A stretch of DNA of 64,000 nt from an uncultured Phycisphaerales bacterium (GTDB taxonomy: Bacteria; Planctomycetota; Phycisphaerae; Tepidisphaerales; Tepidisphaeraceae): assembly GCA_963758525.1 (NCBI GenBank), contig CAVWVQ010000003.1:1568001-1632000 (forward strand), read 5' to 3'. Position 1 is the stretch's first letter; every line of letters begins with the position of its first letter. A program made the position numbers and the translations under genes. A model generated the notes under the pieces. The model did not search any database. It worked only from the letters and a program-made list of their open reading frames with translations, and was not told where the DNA came from. Below, piece by piece: positions 33,343 through 44,691 of the stretch.

Positions 33343-36300
33343 ATGGCTACCGACCCCCGCTTCCTGGCCGACTCCGGCCGTGAAGTCTTCACCGGAAACG
33401 AACTGCTCATCAAGGGCGCGCTGGAAGTCGAAGGCGGCGTGCATCTTCTGACCGGCTATCCGGGCTCGCCGGTCGCGGGATTCTTCGACGTCATGGGCGA
33501 CATCAAAGATCTCCTCAACTCCCACGGCGTCCGCGCGTTTCAGGCCAACAACGAAGCATTGGGGGCCGCGGCCGTGAACGGATCGCAGATGATGCCCTGC
33601 CGGGCGATCGCGACGATGAAAAATGTCGGCGTTCACGTCGCGGCCGACGCGCTGGCACTGGCTAATCTTGCCGGTGCACATCCGCAGGGCGGCGCGATCA
33701 TCATCATGGGAGAAGATCCCTGGTGTGACAGCACGCAGGTTCCCGCGGACAGCCGATTCATCTGCGAGCACTTGCGGATGCCGGTTGTCGAGGCCGGCGG
33801 GCCGCAGGAATTGAAGGATTGGATCAATCTCGCCTTCAAGCTCAGCCAGGCCGCGCGGCTCTACATCGGATACATCGTCACCACCGCGCAGGCCGATGGC
33901 GGCGGCACCGTTCTGTGCCGCCCGAACCAGTTTCCCGACCTCAACACCATCCACCGTCAGGCGCTGGAAACGCAGGCAATCGATCTCAATCGCGTGCTGC
34001 TCCCGCCGCGCACCTGGCGGGAAGAATTGCGGATTCCCGAGCGATTTGAGGCGACGATGAAAGCCGCCCGCGAGCTGGGCGTCAATCGCATCGAATGGCA
34101 TCGGGATGCTCCCAGCGGCGACCGCGCGCCGCTCGGTTTCATCGCGACCGGGATGGGCGCGGCGTATCTCAAGCATGTGCTGGCGGACCTCGGTCTGGAC
34201 GGCGTTTTCCCGATCCTCCGAATGGGAATGAGCTATCCGGCAGACGTGAAGCTTGTCGCGGAGCTTTCCGAACGATGCACTCAAATGATCGTCGTCGAGG
34301 AGCGCCGCAGCTTCCTCGAAAAGAACATCCGCGACACGCTCTTTCGCGTCTTCCCCGCCGAGCGCGCGGGAGAGATCGTCACGCGCATCTACGGCAAGGC
34401 GTTTCCCCACGGACTGCCCGGCATTCCGGATTCGCGCGGGCTCAATCCTTCCGTCCTCTCGCAGGTTCTCATTCCCCTCATCAAGGCGACCGAACAGATT
34501 CCCGCGGAGCAGCGCAACGGCCGGCTCACTGCCGTGATGGACCGCCTGCGAAAGGCGAGCAAGCCGAAGCTGCAGGTCATTTCCGACAAAATCGTTCCGC
34601 GCACCGCCACCTTCTGCCCGGGTTGCCCGCATCGCGACAGCTCGGCAACGCTGCTGGAACTCCGCCAGAACTTTGCCGACCCGAAATACATGAAGGAGCA
34701 TCACGGCTCCGGCCCGGTTGACCTGGTCGCGCATGGTGACACCGGCTGCTACACCATGCTCATGTTCGCCCCCACCGAACAGCTCATGCACAACTACTCG
34801 GGCATGGGGCTCGGCGGCGGCACCGGAAGCGGAATCGATCCGTTCATCACCAACAAGCAGATCGTCTTCATGGGCGATGGCACGTTCTTCCACTCGGGAC
34901 AGATAGCCATCTCCAACTCCATCAAGGTGAACCAGAACATCACCTACATCATCCTGGAAAACAAAACGACCGCGATGACCGGCCATCAGGAACACGCCGG
35001 CACCGAACTCGATGTCGTCGGCAACCGCTCCTATATCCAGGACATCGAAACCATCGTGCGCGGCATGGCCGGAACCAGCCCGCTCACTGTCGAGCGGCTC
35101 TCCCCCGCCAATCGCTCGCGCTACCGCGCGGTGCTGGAGCACACGATCCTTCGCGACGGCGTGAAGGTCGTTATCGCCGACAAGGAATGCGGCATTACGC
35201 ATCACCGCAAGGTCCTCCAGAAAGAGCGCCAAACGATCAAGAAGCATGGCTACCTCCCGAAGAAGACGCACATGAACGTCACGACGGAGGTGTGCGAAAA
35301 CTGCCTCGAATGCACCAAGCAGACCGCCTGCCCGGGCCTGACGATTGCCGACACCGACTACGGCAAGAAGATCGACACCGATCTCACGTGGTGCGTGAAC
35401 GACGGCGCCTGCGAGCGCGTGACCGCGAGCAACGAGGTCGGTCTGAGTGTCAAGCCGTGCCCGAGCTTCGAGCAGGTGACGATCGTCCGTCAGCGCCGCC
35501 GCCGGTATACGCTGCCGCACATGGGGCTGGACAAGCTTCCCGAGCCGCCGCGCACGCATGAGATGCTTAAGCCCGGCGGCGTGTGGCGCTGTCACATGGC
35601 CGGCGTTGGTGGAATGGGCATCGGCGTGATCAACGCCATCCTCGTGCGCGCCGGTCACAAGCAGGGCTACCGCGTCGTCTTCGCCGACAAAAAGGGCCTG
35701 GCCATCCGCAACGGCGGCGTCTATTCGCAGATCACGTTTGTGAATGACGGGCCGGAGGGGCAAGAGGGTTCAGAGTCCAGTGGCCAGTCGCCGCGACGTT
35801 CAGGGTTAACGCAGGGTTCAGGGTTCAGGGTTCAGGGTTCAGGAACAGCGAATGCGCCCGATACCGGCAGCGCTTCTCCTGCCTCCTGCTCTCCTGCTCT
35901 CCTCTCTCGCGATAGCGGCCCATCTTCCCTGAACCCTGAACCCCGACCCCTGAACCCTCTCTCGATCCCTGAACCCCGACCCCTGAACCCTCAATATCCG
36001 ACCACTGGCAACATCCCCTACGGCCGTGCGGACCTGCTGCTTGGCGTCGATATTCTCGAAGCCGCCCGCGCGATCGATCCGCGCGAGGAATTTCGCGTTG
36101 CTTCCACGGAGTACACCGCGGCCGTCCTCAACACTTATAAGCAGCCGACCGTCTACACGCTGCTGGGCAGGAATGATTTTGACCCCGATGCGCTGCGCGA
36201 AGAAATCTTCGAGCATTGCAAGCCGGACAGCTCCTTTGCCCGCAATCTGTCCGAACTCTGCGAACAGCGGCTCGGGAGCAAACTGTATGCGAATATTCTC

Positions 36301-37260
36301 ATGCTCGGCGTTGCCTTTCAGCTCGGGTTGATTCCCGTTTCCCCGCGGTCAATCGCCTGGGCGATCAAGGATTCGATCCGGCGCGATCACCGCAAGAATC
36401 TGAAAGCGTTCAACATCGGCCGAAAGCTTGCGCTCGAGCCTCGCGCCCTTCCGCGCAAGCCCGTTCCCGAAACGTGGGAACAGCTTGTCACCAACAAAGT
36501 GCGCATCCTGCGGAAGACGAGTCTGTCCGGCCGCGGCGTCGCGATGCAGTTCGATCGCATGGTGCAGGGGGCGATGAAGCAGATGCGCGATCTGCCCGAA
36601 GAGGCGAAATACGATCTGGCGCTGCGCATCTACGACGTGCTGCAGTATCAGGACTACCCGCTGGCGAAGTGGTACGTCGAACTCGTGCGCGGCGTCTATC
36701 GGCGCGACTCGGCCCCCCGCGGCTATCTTGCGACCATCGCGGTGATCTGGAATCTCGCGAAAGTCACATTGATCAAGGATGAGCCGTACGTCTCGTACCT
36801 GCTCACGCGATTCGAGAAGAAGCAGCGCGACATCGTGAAATATGGCGTCGACGTTTCCAACGGCGATCGCATCGTCTACCGCCATCACACCAATCCCGAA
36901 TTCAACATCGGCAAACACCGCATCCGCCTGCGCCTTACAACAACGGACTGGATGCTCAGCATCGTCCGCCATTGCAAATGGCTGCGCAAACTCCCCAACT
37001 GGCATCATCGCGAAGTCGCGTTTCGCAATTGGTACGTCGGGCTGCTGAGCCGGGTGAATCTCACGCACGATGCCGGCTACGCGCAAGCCGTCCGCGTGTT
37101 CCGCTGCGCCGAGGAAGTGACCGGCTACCGCGAAATCCGCTATCCCAAGCAGGACCGCGTTCGGGAGGCCATCGAATCCGAGTTGACCAGGCAAGTGACC
37201 CCGCCCCCCGAAGCGCCGATGTCCGTCTTGGACGGCCTCCGCTCCCCGGCGGGGGCGTAG
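33343..37260 (+). CDS. Fused indolepyruvate:ferredoxin oxidoreductase family protein (IorA/IorB-like plus C-terminal domain)
   Basis: GYPGSP, FCPGCPHR, GDTGC, TPP motif GDGTFFHSG...N, ferredoxin CENCLEC..CP, GVGGMG. Confidence 0.92.
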   Translation: MATDPRFLADSGREVFTGNELLIKGALEVEGGVHLLTGYPGSPVAGFFDVMGDIKDLLNSHGVRAFQANNEALGAAAVNGSQMMPCRAIATMKNVGVHVAADALALANLAGAHPQGGAIIIMGEDPWCDSTQVPADSRFICEHLRMPVVEAGGPQELKDWINLAFKLSQAARLYIGYIVTTAQADGGGTVLCRPNQFPDLNTIHRQALETQAIDLNRVLLPPRTWREELRIPERFEATMKAARELGVNRIEWHRDAPSGDRAPLGFIATGMGAAYLKHVLADLGLDGVFPILRMGMSYPADVKLVAELSERCTQMIVVEERRSFLEKNIRDTLFRVFPAERAGEIVTRIYGKAFPHGLPGIPDSRGLNPSVLSQVLIPLIKATEQIPAEQRNGRLTAVMDRLRKASKPKLQVISDKIVPRTATFCPGCPHRDSSATLLELRQNFADPKYMKEHHGSGPVDLVAHGDTGCYTMLMFAPTEQLMHNYSGMGLGGGTGSGIDPFITNKQIVFMGDGTFFHSGQIAISNSIKVNQNITYIILENKTTAMTGHQEHAGTELDVVGNRSYIQDIETIVRGMAGTSPLTVERLSPANRSRYRAVLEHTILRDGVKVVIADKECGITHHRKVLQKERQTIKKHGYLPKKTHMNVTTEVCENCLECTKQTACPGLTIADTDYGKKIDTDLTWCVNDGACERVTASNEVGLSVKPCPSFEQVTIVRQRRRRYTLPHMGLDKLPEPPRTHEMLKPGGVWRCHMAGVGGMGIGVINAILVRAGHKQGYRVVFADKKGLAIRNGGVYSQITFVNDGPEGQEGSESSGQSPRRSGLTQGSGFRVQGSGTANAPDTGSASPASCSPALLSRDSGPSSLNPEPRPLNPLSIPEPRPLNPQYPTTGNIPYGRADLLLGVDILEAARAIDPREEFRVASTEYTAAVLNTYKQPTVYTLLGRNDFDPDALREEIFEHCKPDSSFARNLSELCEQRLGSKLYANILMLGVAFQLGLIPVSPRSIAWAIKDSIRRDHRKNLKAFNIGRKLALEPRALPRKPVPETWEQLVTNKVRILRKTSLSGRGVAMQFDRMVQGAMKQMRDLPEEAKYDLALRIYDVLQYQDYPLAKWYVELVRGVYRRDSAPRGYLATIAVIWNLAKVTLIKDEPYVSYLLTRFEKKQRDIVKYGVDVSNGDRIVYRHHTNPEFNIGKHRIRLRLTTTDWMLSIVRHCKWLRKLPNWHHREVAFRNWYVGLLSRVNLTHDAGYAQAVRVFRCAEEVTGYREIRYPKQDRVREAIESELTRQVTPPPEAPMSVLDGLRSPAGA
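35764..35992. repeat. In-frame palindromic heptamer-repeat insertion (AGGGTTC / GAACCCT) inside the oxidoreductase gene
   Basis: Tandem CAGGGTT units on the left and CCTGAAC/CCCGACC units on the right; translates as GSGFRVQGSG...LNPEPRPLNP without a stop. Confidence 0.85.
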
Positions 37261-37397
37261 AGCCACGACTCTCGATCGTCTGCCATGGCACTTCAAATGC
37301 GCTGCTTGTGAGCCGGACGCTCCCCCGGCGGGCCCGGGATGTAACGCGGAGCAGGTTGTTTGAGAATCCCGTGTGCTCCCCGCTACAATCCCCTGCC

Positions 37398-37687
37398 ATG
37401 CTCACCAAGGCAGACATCGTTAAAAGCCGAGATGAGATCATCGCCATCGCTCAGCGGTACGGCGCCAGCGACATCCGCGTCTTTGGGTCAGTCGCCCGCG
37501 GCGATGCCACCGAAGATTCCGACCTCGCCGTGCTCGTGCGGCTTGAGTCGGGCGCACGCTTCTCGACCAGGGCGGGCGTTTCATGGATCTGCGAGATCTG
37601 CTGGGGATTAAGGTTGACGTGATCTCGGATGGCGCAATGACGGGCCGATTCGGCTCGAACGTGCGCCGCGAGGCGGTGCCACTGTGA
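37398..37687 (+). pseudogene. MNT nucleotidyltransferase antitoxin, frameshifted and with an altered catalytic motif
   Basis: VFGSVARGDATEDSDLAV (usual DxD reads DLA); frameshift near 37552; ends RREAVPL. Confidence 0.75.
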
Positions 37688-37810
37688 GGTCCGAGCGCGA
37701 CCGACTTCTGGATATTCTCGACGCAATTGACGTGGTGGTGAAATATCTGCCAAGGGAGCGCGCCATATTCGATGGCGATCCCCCGCTTCAATCGCACATC
37801 TATCGCGGAG
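37684..37810 (+). pseudogene. Truncated HEPN/DUF86 toxin
   Basis: GTGA overlap; MRSERDRLLDILDAI N-terminus only, with no RxxxxH motif. Confidence 0.65.
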
Positions 37811-37846
37811 CCCATCTCGCGGCGCGCAACGTAGCTGCCCTTACGC

Positions 37847-38548
37847 TTATTTCTCCATCCGGCCTATCACAGCCGCTCGGATTTCCGCTGGGTTGTAAGA
37901 CGCCTTGGCGCTGACGCGCAGGATCGGGATGCCGGCGGCCGATAGAGCGCGGTCCTTAAATGCGTCGCTCTCAATCACACGGCGTCGCCGATGGGTTTGA
38001 TCGTCAAGTTCGATCACCATTAGGAGCGCCGTCGAATCACAATCGATCAGCACGAAGTCGACGTGCTTCTGGGAGATCTTTGAGAAAAAACCGGCCTTTC
38101 TGGCGTCAGCGGAGCAATCGATTAGATCCGCGAGTCGTACTTTCGCCGCGATCGTAACGCCGTGCGGAACGGCGCGAGTCAGCATGTGATAGAATGCCCT
38201 TTCGCCGGGGGATAGAAGTGTTTTGCGCGAGAAATATGGCAGACGTTGGGAACGGCTTGGGTGGAGCCATCTCAGCGCTGCGACAGCCAGCACGATAATG
38301 ACAAACGCAATCGCGGCGAAGCCAAGAAATGACGAGTGATCCAGGATGCTTGCCGACCCTTCGTAGCGGACTGGCGGTAATCGTAACTTGAACTTGGCTT
38401 GGCGGCGCTCCGCGCAGGTTGCCCGAGTTTCAGCGGGCCCGATTTCAATCGGCCGCTGCGAAATTTTTCCTGATGTTGCCGCGAAGCGGTACATGGCCAT
38501 TGCAGAGCTAAGCGAGGGCGATTCGGGCCAGAGGAGACGATCCCACAC
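37847..38548 (-). CDS. DUF2726 domain protein (true start probably near 38345)
   Basis: TM helix; LLSPGERAFY, KVRLADLI, KHVDFVL, IELDDQTH, DAFKD..L..AGIPILR. Confidence 0.85.
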   Translation of the reverse strand: MWDRLLWPESPSLSSAMAMYRFAATSGKISQRPIEIGPAETRATCAERRQAKFKLRLPPVRYEGSASILDHSSFLGFAAIAFVIIVLAVAALRWLHPSRSQRLPYFSRKTLLSPGERAFYHMLTRAVPHGVTIAAKVRLADLIDCSADARKAGFFSKISQKHVDFVLIDCDSTALLMVIELDDQTHRRRRVIESDAFKDRALSAAGIPILRVSAKASYNPAEIRAAVIGRMEK

Positions 38549-38629
38549 CTGATTGCCGCTCTCTCGCCTGAAACGTAAGCACTTTTCAGGGAACTACTTA
38601 GTTCGATTCTTTCCGGAGCATCCTACCCC

Positions 38630-40933
38630 ATGTTGCGAAATCGACGCTTCATATCCGCCGCGCATGATGCCTCTCGTTTTTTGATGGAAGGCTTGGAATC
38701 GCGCCAGTTGCTCTCGGCGACGCTGACGAGCTCTGGAACCTTAAACGTTCAGGGCACCGGCCATGCGGACTCGATCACGGTTGGATTGAATCCGCAGAAC
38801 ACCAGCATGCTCGACGTTTCGATGAATGGAAAAACGCGCTCGTTTGATGCCGCGGACGTTCAGAACATCAACGTGAATGCCGGCGGCGGGAAAGACAATG
38901 TGAGCTTGGGCTCCACATTGACAACTCCGGCGACGATTCTGGGCGGCGCGGGCAATGACACGCTGACCGCGGGCAGCGGCGACGACACGCTCAACGGCGG
39001 GACGGGAAACGACACCCTCATCGGCGGCTCCGGTCAGGATAACCTCGTCGGCGGCACCGGAAACGACACCATCGAATGCGGGCCCGGACAGTCGCAGGTC
39101 AACGGCGGCACTGGGAAAGACAGCGTCCAATTCACCCCCACCGCCGGCGTGGCGCTCGACACCCTGCCGCAGGCGGTTCAAACCGGACTCACCACTCTCG
39201 CACAAGGCGCGACAATTTCCGACGTTCAGGTTTTCCAGGACGATCATCAGACTTACTACGGCACTTCCGTCACGATCGACAGCCAGCAGACGCGCATCGT
39301 CGTCGATTCGTCGGGAAATCCGGTCGGCAACGCTCCGCCCGGCAGCGGTGGCGGTTCGCCCGGCGGGGGATCGGGCGGTCAGGGACAGGGGAGTCAGGGG
39401 AACGGACCCGCCGCGCCGGCCGGCGTCCTCGGACCTGTGATCAGCACGGATGCAACCGCCGACACAATCACCCTGACGGCCAGCAATCCATGGGGGCCGC
39501 CCAAGCAGACGACATTTAAAGTAACGTCCACGACCGCGATCACCGCCGACGGTAATACCGTCGCGCTCTCCGCGCTGACTGCAGGGACATTGGTTGCCGT
39601 GCAGACCAGCGGCGCCGATTCGACCACGGCCACTTCCATTACCGCGCTCGATCGACGGGTCGGCGGCGTCGTGACCGCGATCGACACGACTGCCGACACA
39701 ATCACAATCAAAGATCCCAGCGGAACATCGACGACCTACACGGTCAGCCCAACCGCGACGGTGACGCTCGATGGGACTGCCAGCACATTTTCAGCGATCA
39801 CCACCACTTTGCATGTGCAATTGAAGCTCGCGGCACTCGATGGCACTGTGACGAGCATCATCTCCGACCCGCAGGACAGCTCCGGCGGCGGACCCGGTGA
39901 CTCCGGCAACCCGGGCGGAAGCGCCGGCGATCCCACCAGCGGCGCAGGCAACCCAGGCGGAACATCAGGCAACCCCGGCGGCAATCCAACGCAACTCGGG
40001 CCGCACGGAACGGTCGTCAGCGTCGACACCGCCGCTGACACCATCACGCTGCAAGTCGGAACCGCAAGTCCAACCAGCTACACCCTTACTTCCACTGCTA
40101 CCGTAACTCTGGACGGCGCGGCAAGCACGCTCTCTGCCCTTGTGGCAGGCGACAACGCAGGCTTGCAACTCTCTTCGGATGGCACAACAGTCGCCGCTAT
40201 CCAGGCGAATTCGCCAGGCACTTCCGCCAACCCGGGCGGAAACACCGGCGATCCCACCGGCGGCTCAGGTAACCCCGGCGGAAGCTCCGGCAATCCCGGG
40301 GGCAACCCCACGCAACTCGGTCCGTACGGGACCGTCGTCAGCGTCGATACAACAGCCGATACCATCACCCTCCAATCCGGCGCAGGCAGTTCGACGACCT
40401 ACAGCCTCGCTTCCACGGCTACCGTGACTCTGGACGGCGCCGCCAGCACGCTGTCCGCGCTCGGTGCCGGCGACAACGCGGGACTTCAGCTCTCCTCTGA
40501 CGGCAAGACCGTGACCGCGATTCAAGCGAATTCGCCCAGCGCCTCGGGCGATCCCGGCACCCCGACCGGCAGCCCTCCCGCAGGCTCGGGCAACACGGGC
40601 GCTCCCACGGGCAACCCCCCTGCCGGCTCGGGCAACTCCGGCGGTCCCACCGGAGGTTCGGGAAATCCGGGCGGCAATCCCGCTCCTCTTGGCCCGCATG
40701 GAGCCATCGTGAGCGCGGACGCAACGACCGACACCATCACGCTTCAAGCCGGCACCGCAAGTCCGACAACCTACACCGTTGCGTCCACGGCCACGGTGAC
40801 TTTGGACGGCGCCGCCAGCAGTCTCTCCTCACTCGTGGCGGGCGACAACGCGGGGCTGAAGCTCTCATCGGACGGAGTGACGGTGATCGCGATCCAAGCC
40901 AACTCGCCAGCGACCAGCGGCATGCCAAGCTGA
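38630..40933 (+). CDS. Secreted LESRQLL-motif protein with RTX-type Ca-binding repeats and tandem OB-like (DUF5666-like) repeats
   Basis: GGAGNDTL nonapeptides; repeated [14 protein letters not shown]...[18 protein letters not shown] units joined by GNPGG linkers. Confidence 0.85.
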   Translation: MLRNRRFISAAHDASRFLMEGLESRQLLSATLTSSGTLNVQGTGHADSITVGLNPQNTSMLDVSMNGKTRSFDAADVQNINVNAGGGKDNVSLGSTLTTPATILGGAGNDTLTAGSGDDTLNGGTGNDTLIGGSGQDNLVGGTGNDTIECGPGQSQVNGGTGKDSVQFTPTAGVALDTLPQAVQTGLTTLAQGATISDVQVFQDDHQTYYGTSVTIDSQQTRIVVDSSGNPVGNAPPGSGGGSPGGGSGGQGQGSQGNGPAAPAGVLGPVISTDATADTITLTASNPWGPPKQTTFKVTSTTAITADGNTVALSALTAGTLVAVQTSGADSTTATSITALDRRVGGVVTAIDTTADTITIKDPSGTSTTYTVSPTATVTLDGTASTFSAITTTLHVQLKLAALDGTVTSIISDPQDSSGGGPGDSGNPGGSAGDPTSGAGNPGGTSGNPGGNPTQLGPHGTVVSVDTAADTITLQVGTASPTSYTLTSTATVTLDGAASTLSALVAGDNAGLQLSSDGTTVAAIQANSPGTSANPGGNTGDPTGGSGNPGGSSGNPGGNPTQLGPYGTVVSVDTTADTITLQSGAGSSTTYSLASTATVTLDGAASTLSALGAGDNAGLQLSSDGKTVTAIQANSPSASGDPGTPTGSPPAGSGNTGAPTGNPPAGSGNSGGPTGGSGNPGGNPAPLGPHGAIVSADATTDTITLQAGTASPTTYTVASTATVTLDGAASSLSSLVAGDNAGLKLSSDGVTVIAIQANSPATSGMPS

Positions 40934-41132
40934 TGGAAACCTCGACGCGATCAGACTACATAACGGGCCGAGATTGCCCGACGAGCAGTCCCCTCTGTCG
41001 AGCGTGCGAAGCACTCCAAATCGTTTAGTAAGCCGCCTCGCTCGCGAGGCGTGGCCAGATGCGAATGTTGCTGCGGATCAGATGAACTGCGTCAGCCGCA
41101 CACGGCCTCCCGCCGCAGCGAGATTGGGCCGT

Positions 41133-42536
41133 TCATGTGGCCGTGGGAAACGTGTCTACCTCGCTGCCTGACGCGGACGAGATGTATTGCAGTTCCGATG
41201 CATGCACTGCATTGCCGGAGTCGATGGCGGCGGGAATTTCTGCCTCGTAAGCGGATTGATCGGCACCTGGAGATAACAGACCGTCCACGGGCGCAAACGA
41301 ATCCGAGTATTGATTGGGTTTCCACGGATCCGGACCGCTGGCGGTCCCCAGGAGGCGGCTGGGGGAGAAATAGGCCGTCACCGGATTGTCATCGACCAGC
41401 AGCGAAGCGAAGAACTGAATGGCGTCGTCGTGCTCGCTGAGCGGATTCGTAGAGGCGGGGAAATTCACGGCAAACGCGTCTGCCGCCGTCGCAGGGCTGA
41501 TCGCCGAGCCGAGCACGGACGCGCGGAACGCCCATGACACATTTGCGTGAGCGGCGAAGTTGATCTCGCCGGGGTGATCCTGGTTGTACGTTTTGCCGCC
41601 CTTGAGCGTGATGGTGATCGGTAGGGACGGAAGCCCAAAACTCGGCAGCACCTCCGACCCCGGGAGTTTGAGAGTCGCGGGGACGCCGCGAGCGGCATCC
41701 AGCGCCACAATGCTCTGCACTTTGCCCAACCCATCCTGCACGAGCCGGCCAGCCAGTTCGTCTCCGACATCGGCACCCCAACTGTGTCCGATGAGATTGA
41801 GTTCGCCAGCCGCAAAACCGTACGAACGCAATCGTTCCGCGCTCCAGACGCCTACCGGCTGAATCCAATCCTGTCCTGTGAAATCCGTATATTCATTCTG
41901 ATACGATGCCCCCTTCGCCCAATTCAGTGTCAGAATCTGATTATCCTGAGCAGCCAGCGCATCGGCGATGGGAGCCAGAGCGGCCGGTGTATCACCGCGG
42001 CCATGAATGAGCAGCCAGCTCGTCGCATTCGGATCGATCAGACCCCCATCCGTGCGACGGATCGAGACCGGCGTCCGCTGTCCGCTGCGCGTGGCAAAAC
42101 CATGCAGCAGATTCGTCGCCGCCACAAATTTCTGGCTGCTGGCGATGCTGAGATCGCCGGCCGCATCCGCAAAGGATCCCGCCTTAAAATTCACTTGAAC
42201 ATCGCCGACTCCAAATGCGCCGCTGAAGTGATAGAGAAAAACGGAGGGATCAGAAGCATCCTGCTTCGGCCGGCCATTGATCTTCACCTTCGAGACCGCT
42301 CTTCCGCTCAGCGTAAACTCAGGCGAAGCGTCAAGTACCGATCGAGCGTTGAGCTGCGAACCAGGCGTCTCGAACCGTATTTCCAAAGTGTGTTGCCGGT
42401 TCAACTCCGTCGCTGAAAAAAAGCTGCCGGCGACAGGACTTACCAATTCGGCCATCGCTGTTCCAGCCGAGAGAAGCCTGCGGCATTCCAACGGCTCGAT
42501 CGCACACTGCGGAAATGTGGAAGTTCGCAATTGCAT
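41133..42536 (-). CDS. Secreted LECRRLL-motif alpha/beta hydrolase (lipase-like)
   Basis: [13 protein letters not shown] nucleophile elbow, IVALDAA, SEH. Confidence 0.8.
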   Translation of the reverse strand: MQLRTSTFPQCAIEPLECRRLLSAGTAMAELVSPVAGSFFSATELNRQHTLEIRFETPGSQLNARSVLDASPEFTLSGRAVSKVKINGRPKQDASDPSVFLYHFSGAFGVGDVQVNFKAGSFADAAGDLSIASSQKFVAATNLLHGFATRSGQRTPVSIRRTDGGLIDPNATSWLLIHGRGDTPAALAPIADALAAQDNQILTLNWAKGASYQNEYTDFTGQDWIQPVGVWSAERLRSYGFAAGELNLIGHSWGADVGDELAGRLVQDGLGKVQSIVALDAARGVPATLKLPGSEVLPSFGLPSLPITITLKGGKTYNQDHPGEINFAAHANVSWAFRASVLGSAISPATAADAFAVNFPASTNPLSEHDDAIQFFASLLVDDNPVTAYFSPSRLLGTASGPDPWKPNQYSDSFAPVDGLLSPGADQSAYEAEIPAAIDSGNAVHASELQYISSASGSEVDTFPTAT

Positions 42537-42783
42537 TGATAGAGAAAGAAAGCGCGGGTGCGCGAACGTTCAACATTACGCAACCCACCGGGCGGTGGCT
42601 ACAGAACCCGCCATTTGTCCTTCCTGCGGGCGTGCTCGATTTTTCCGGGAGCTCGCAACTCCGGGGGAGGGTTGGGGGCTGGCGCAAATAACAGGAAATG
42701 GTTACGGAGGCGGGTTCTTACTTCCTGCCCCCCAACTCGTTGCTCTCATTCCCATCCCGATCCCGTACCGCCTACCATGCCCT

Positions 42784-43833
42784 ATGCAAATCGGTATCGA
42801 CAGCTTCGTCGCCTACGCTCCCGACCCCACGACAGGCACCACGATCAGCCCCGAACAGCGAATCGCGAACTTGATCGCGGAGATCGAGCTGGCCGACCAG
42901 GTTGGCGTGAATTTGTTCGGACTGGGCGAACATCACCGTCATGATTTTCTGGATTCTGCTCCGCCGGTCATTCTCGCGGCGGCGGCGGCGCGAACGCGAC
43001 GCATCCGGCTGACCAGCGCCGTCACCGTTCTCAGCGCCGCGGATCCCGTACGCGTGTTCCAGGAATTCGCCACGCTCGATCTGATCTCTGGCGGTCGCGC
43101 GGAAATGATCGTGGGCAGAGGATCATTCATAGAGGCCTTTCCGCTCTTTGGCCTGGACCTTGACGATTACGAATCGCTGTTCACCGAGAAGCTGGATTTA
43201 CTGCTGAAGCTGCGAAAGGAAACCCAGGTGCATTGGAGCGGAAAACACCGGCCGGCGTTGACCGGCCAGGGTGTTTATCCCCGGCCCACGCAGAATCCGT
43301 TGCCGGTCTGGCTCGGAGTTGGCGGCACGCCCGAATCCTTCGTGCGGGCCGGCACGCTCGGTCTGCCGTTGATGGTTGCGATCATTGGCGGTGAACCGCG
43401 CCGGTTTCGACCGCTGGTGGACCTGTACCGCAAAGCCTGGCGCGACGCTGGTCATCCCGCCGGCGAAGAAAAAGTTGGAATCCATGCACCGGGTTACGTC
43501 GCTTCGATCGACCAGCAGGCTGCGGATGACTTTTTTCCCGGCTACGCCCAGGCATTCACCAAGATCGGCCGCGAACGCGGCTGGCCGCCGGTGACACGCG
43601 CCCATTTCGAAGCCCTTCGGGGCCCCACCGGCGCACTGATCGTCGGCAGCCCCGACTCGGCGATTGCCAAGCTGCGGATGTTCAATGACGCATTGGGCGG
43701 CATCGTGCGCCTCAGCTTTCAGATGAGCGTCGCCGGTCTCTCGCATGAACGAATGCTCGGCTCGATTGAATTGATCGGCAGCAAGATCGTGCCGGCGGTG
43801 CGCGATTCAGCGACACCGAATCAGGGATCGTAG
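42784..43833 (+). CDS. LLM-class flavin-dependent oxidoreductase
   Basis: [42 protein letters not shown]. Confidence 0.92.
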   Translation: MQIGIDSFVAYAPDPTTGTTISPEQRIANLIAEIELADQVGVNLFGLGEHHRHDFLDSAPPVILAAAAARTRRIRLTSAVTVLSAADPVRVFQEFATLDLISGGRAEMIVGRGSFIEAFPLFGLDLDDYESLFTEKLDLLLKLRKETQVHWSGKHRPALTGQGVYPRPTQNPLPVWLGVGGTPESFVRAGTLGLPLMVAIIGGEPRRFRPLVDLYRKAWRDAGHPAGEEKVGIHAPGYVASIDQQAADDFFPGYAQAFTKIGRERGWPPVTRAHFEALRGPTGALIVGSPDSAIAKLRMFNDALGGIVRLSFQMSVAGLSHERMLGSIELIGSKIVPAVRDSATPNQGS

Positions 43834-44043
43834 AACTCATAATCATTGTCGAACCACCGCGTCCGCATGTAGACTCAAATTTCACCGCGTTACCAATCGC
43901 TTCGTTTATCGAGAGGTCGTCAAGCACACGCGCGCCGAGCCTTCCCTGCGAAGCACGCTTGGCGCAGGTCGGGGCTGCAGCCAACGCACAAATTCATGAA
44001 GGCAGCTCGTGGCTTGGCCCGCGCCGTCGGGTAAAATGCGAAT

Positions 44044-44637
44044 ATGACTGCGGCAAAGAAGCTGAACGTCACCTCGGAGGACGATTACCTCGCGTCCGAA
44101 CTCACCTCAGAGATCAAACACGAATATCTCGGCGGCGTGGTGTACGCCATGGCCGGGGCGCGGAACCAACACAACCGGATTGCCACGAGGGTTCTAGGCA
44201 TGCTGTTTGGTCGGCTGAGCGGAAAGCCGTGCCAGCCATGCAATTCGGATACGAAGATCCGGGTCCGGATGCCGGGGCACACGAGATACTACTACCCCGA
44301 CGCGTCGGTGGTCTGCCAGCCAAACCCTCCAGGCGATTCGTTCGAGGACCAGCCGGCGGCGGTCTTCGAGGTCCTGTCGCGGGGGACCCGGCGTATCGAC
44401 GAAGGGGAGAAGAAGGATGCCTATCTGACCATTCCATCGCTGGCCGTTTACGCGCTCATCGAGCAGTCGTCGCCGACCATCGTTATCTATCGGCGGACGG
44501 GTCAGCAATTCGTCCCCGAAGTGTACGAGGGGATCGACGCGGTCGTTCCGCTCCCGGAAATCGGAGCAGACCTTCCGTTGGCGGAGATTTATCAGGGAAT
44601 GAATTTTCTGCCTGAAGCGGATGAATCGGACTGTTAA
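44044..44637 (+). CDS. Uma2 family endonuclease
   Basis: KHEYLGG..YAMAGA, YYPD, FEVLS, EKKDAY.TIPSL. Confidence 0.9.
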   Translation: MTAAKKLNVTSEDDYLASELTSEIKHEYLGGVVYAMAGARNQHNRIATRVLGMLFGRLSGKPCQPCNSDTKIRVRMPGHTRYYYPDASVVCQPNPPGDSFEDQPAAVFEVLSRGTRRIDEGEKKDAYLTIPSLAVYALIEQSSPTIVIYRRTGQQFVPEVYEGIDAVVPLPEIGADLPLAEIYQGMNFLPEADESDC

Positions 44638-44691
44638 CAGGCGGTAGAACTGAAAACCGGTAGGACATCCTGGACCAACTGCAGAGGGCTT

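Noticed and set aside
562..35763. Long opposite-strand ORFs (e.g. 1798-3729 +, 15521-18016 +, 33304-35763 -)
   Set aside because: Antisense shadows of real high-GC genes, with no recognisable motifs
39900..40900. CRISPR array or DGR-like repeats
   Set aside because: These are coding domain repeats with synonymous divergence, not constant repeats with spacers; no cas or reverse transcriptase gene in the window
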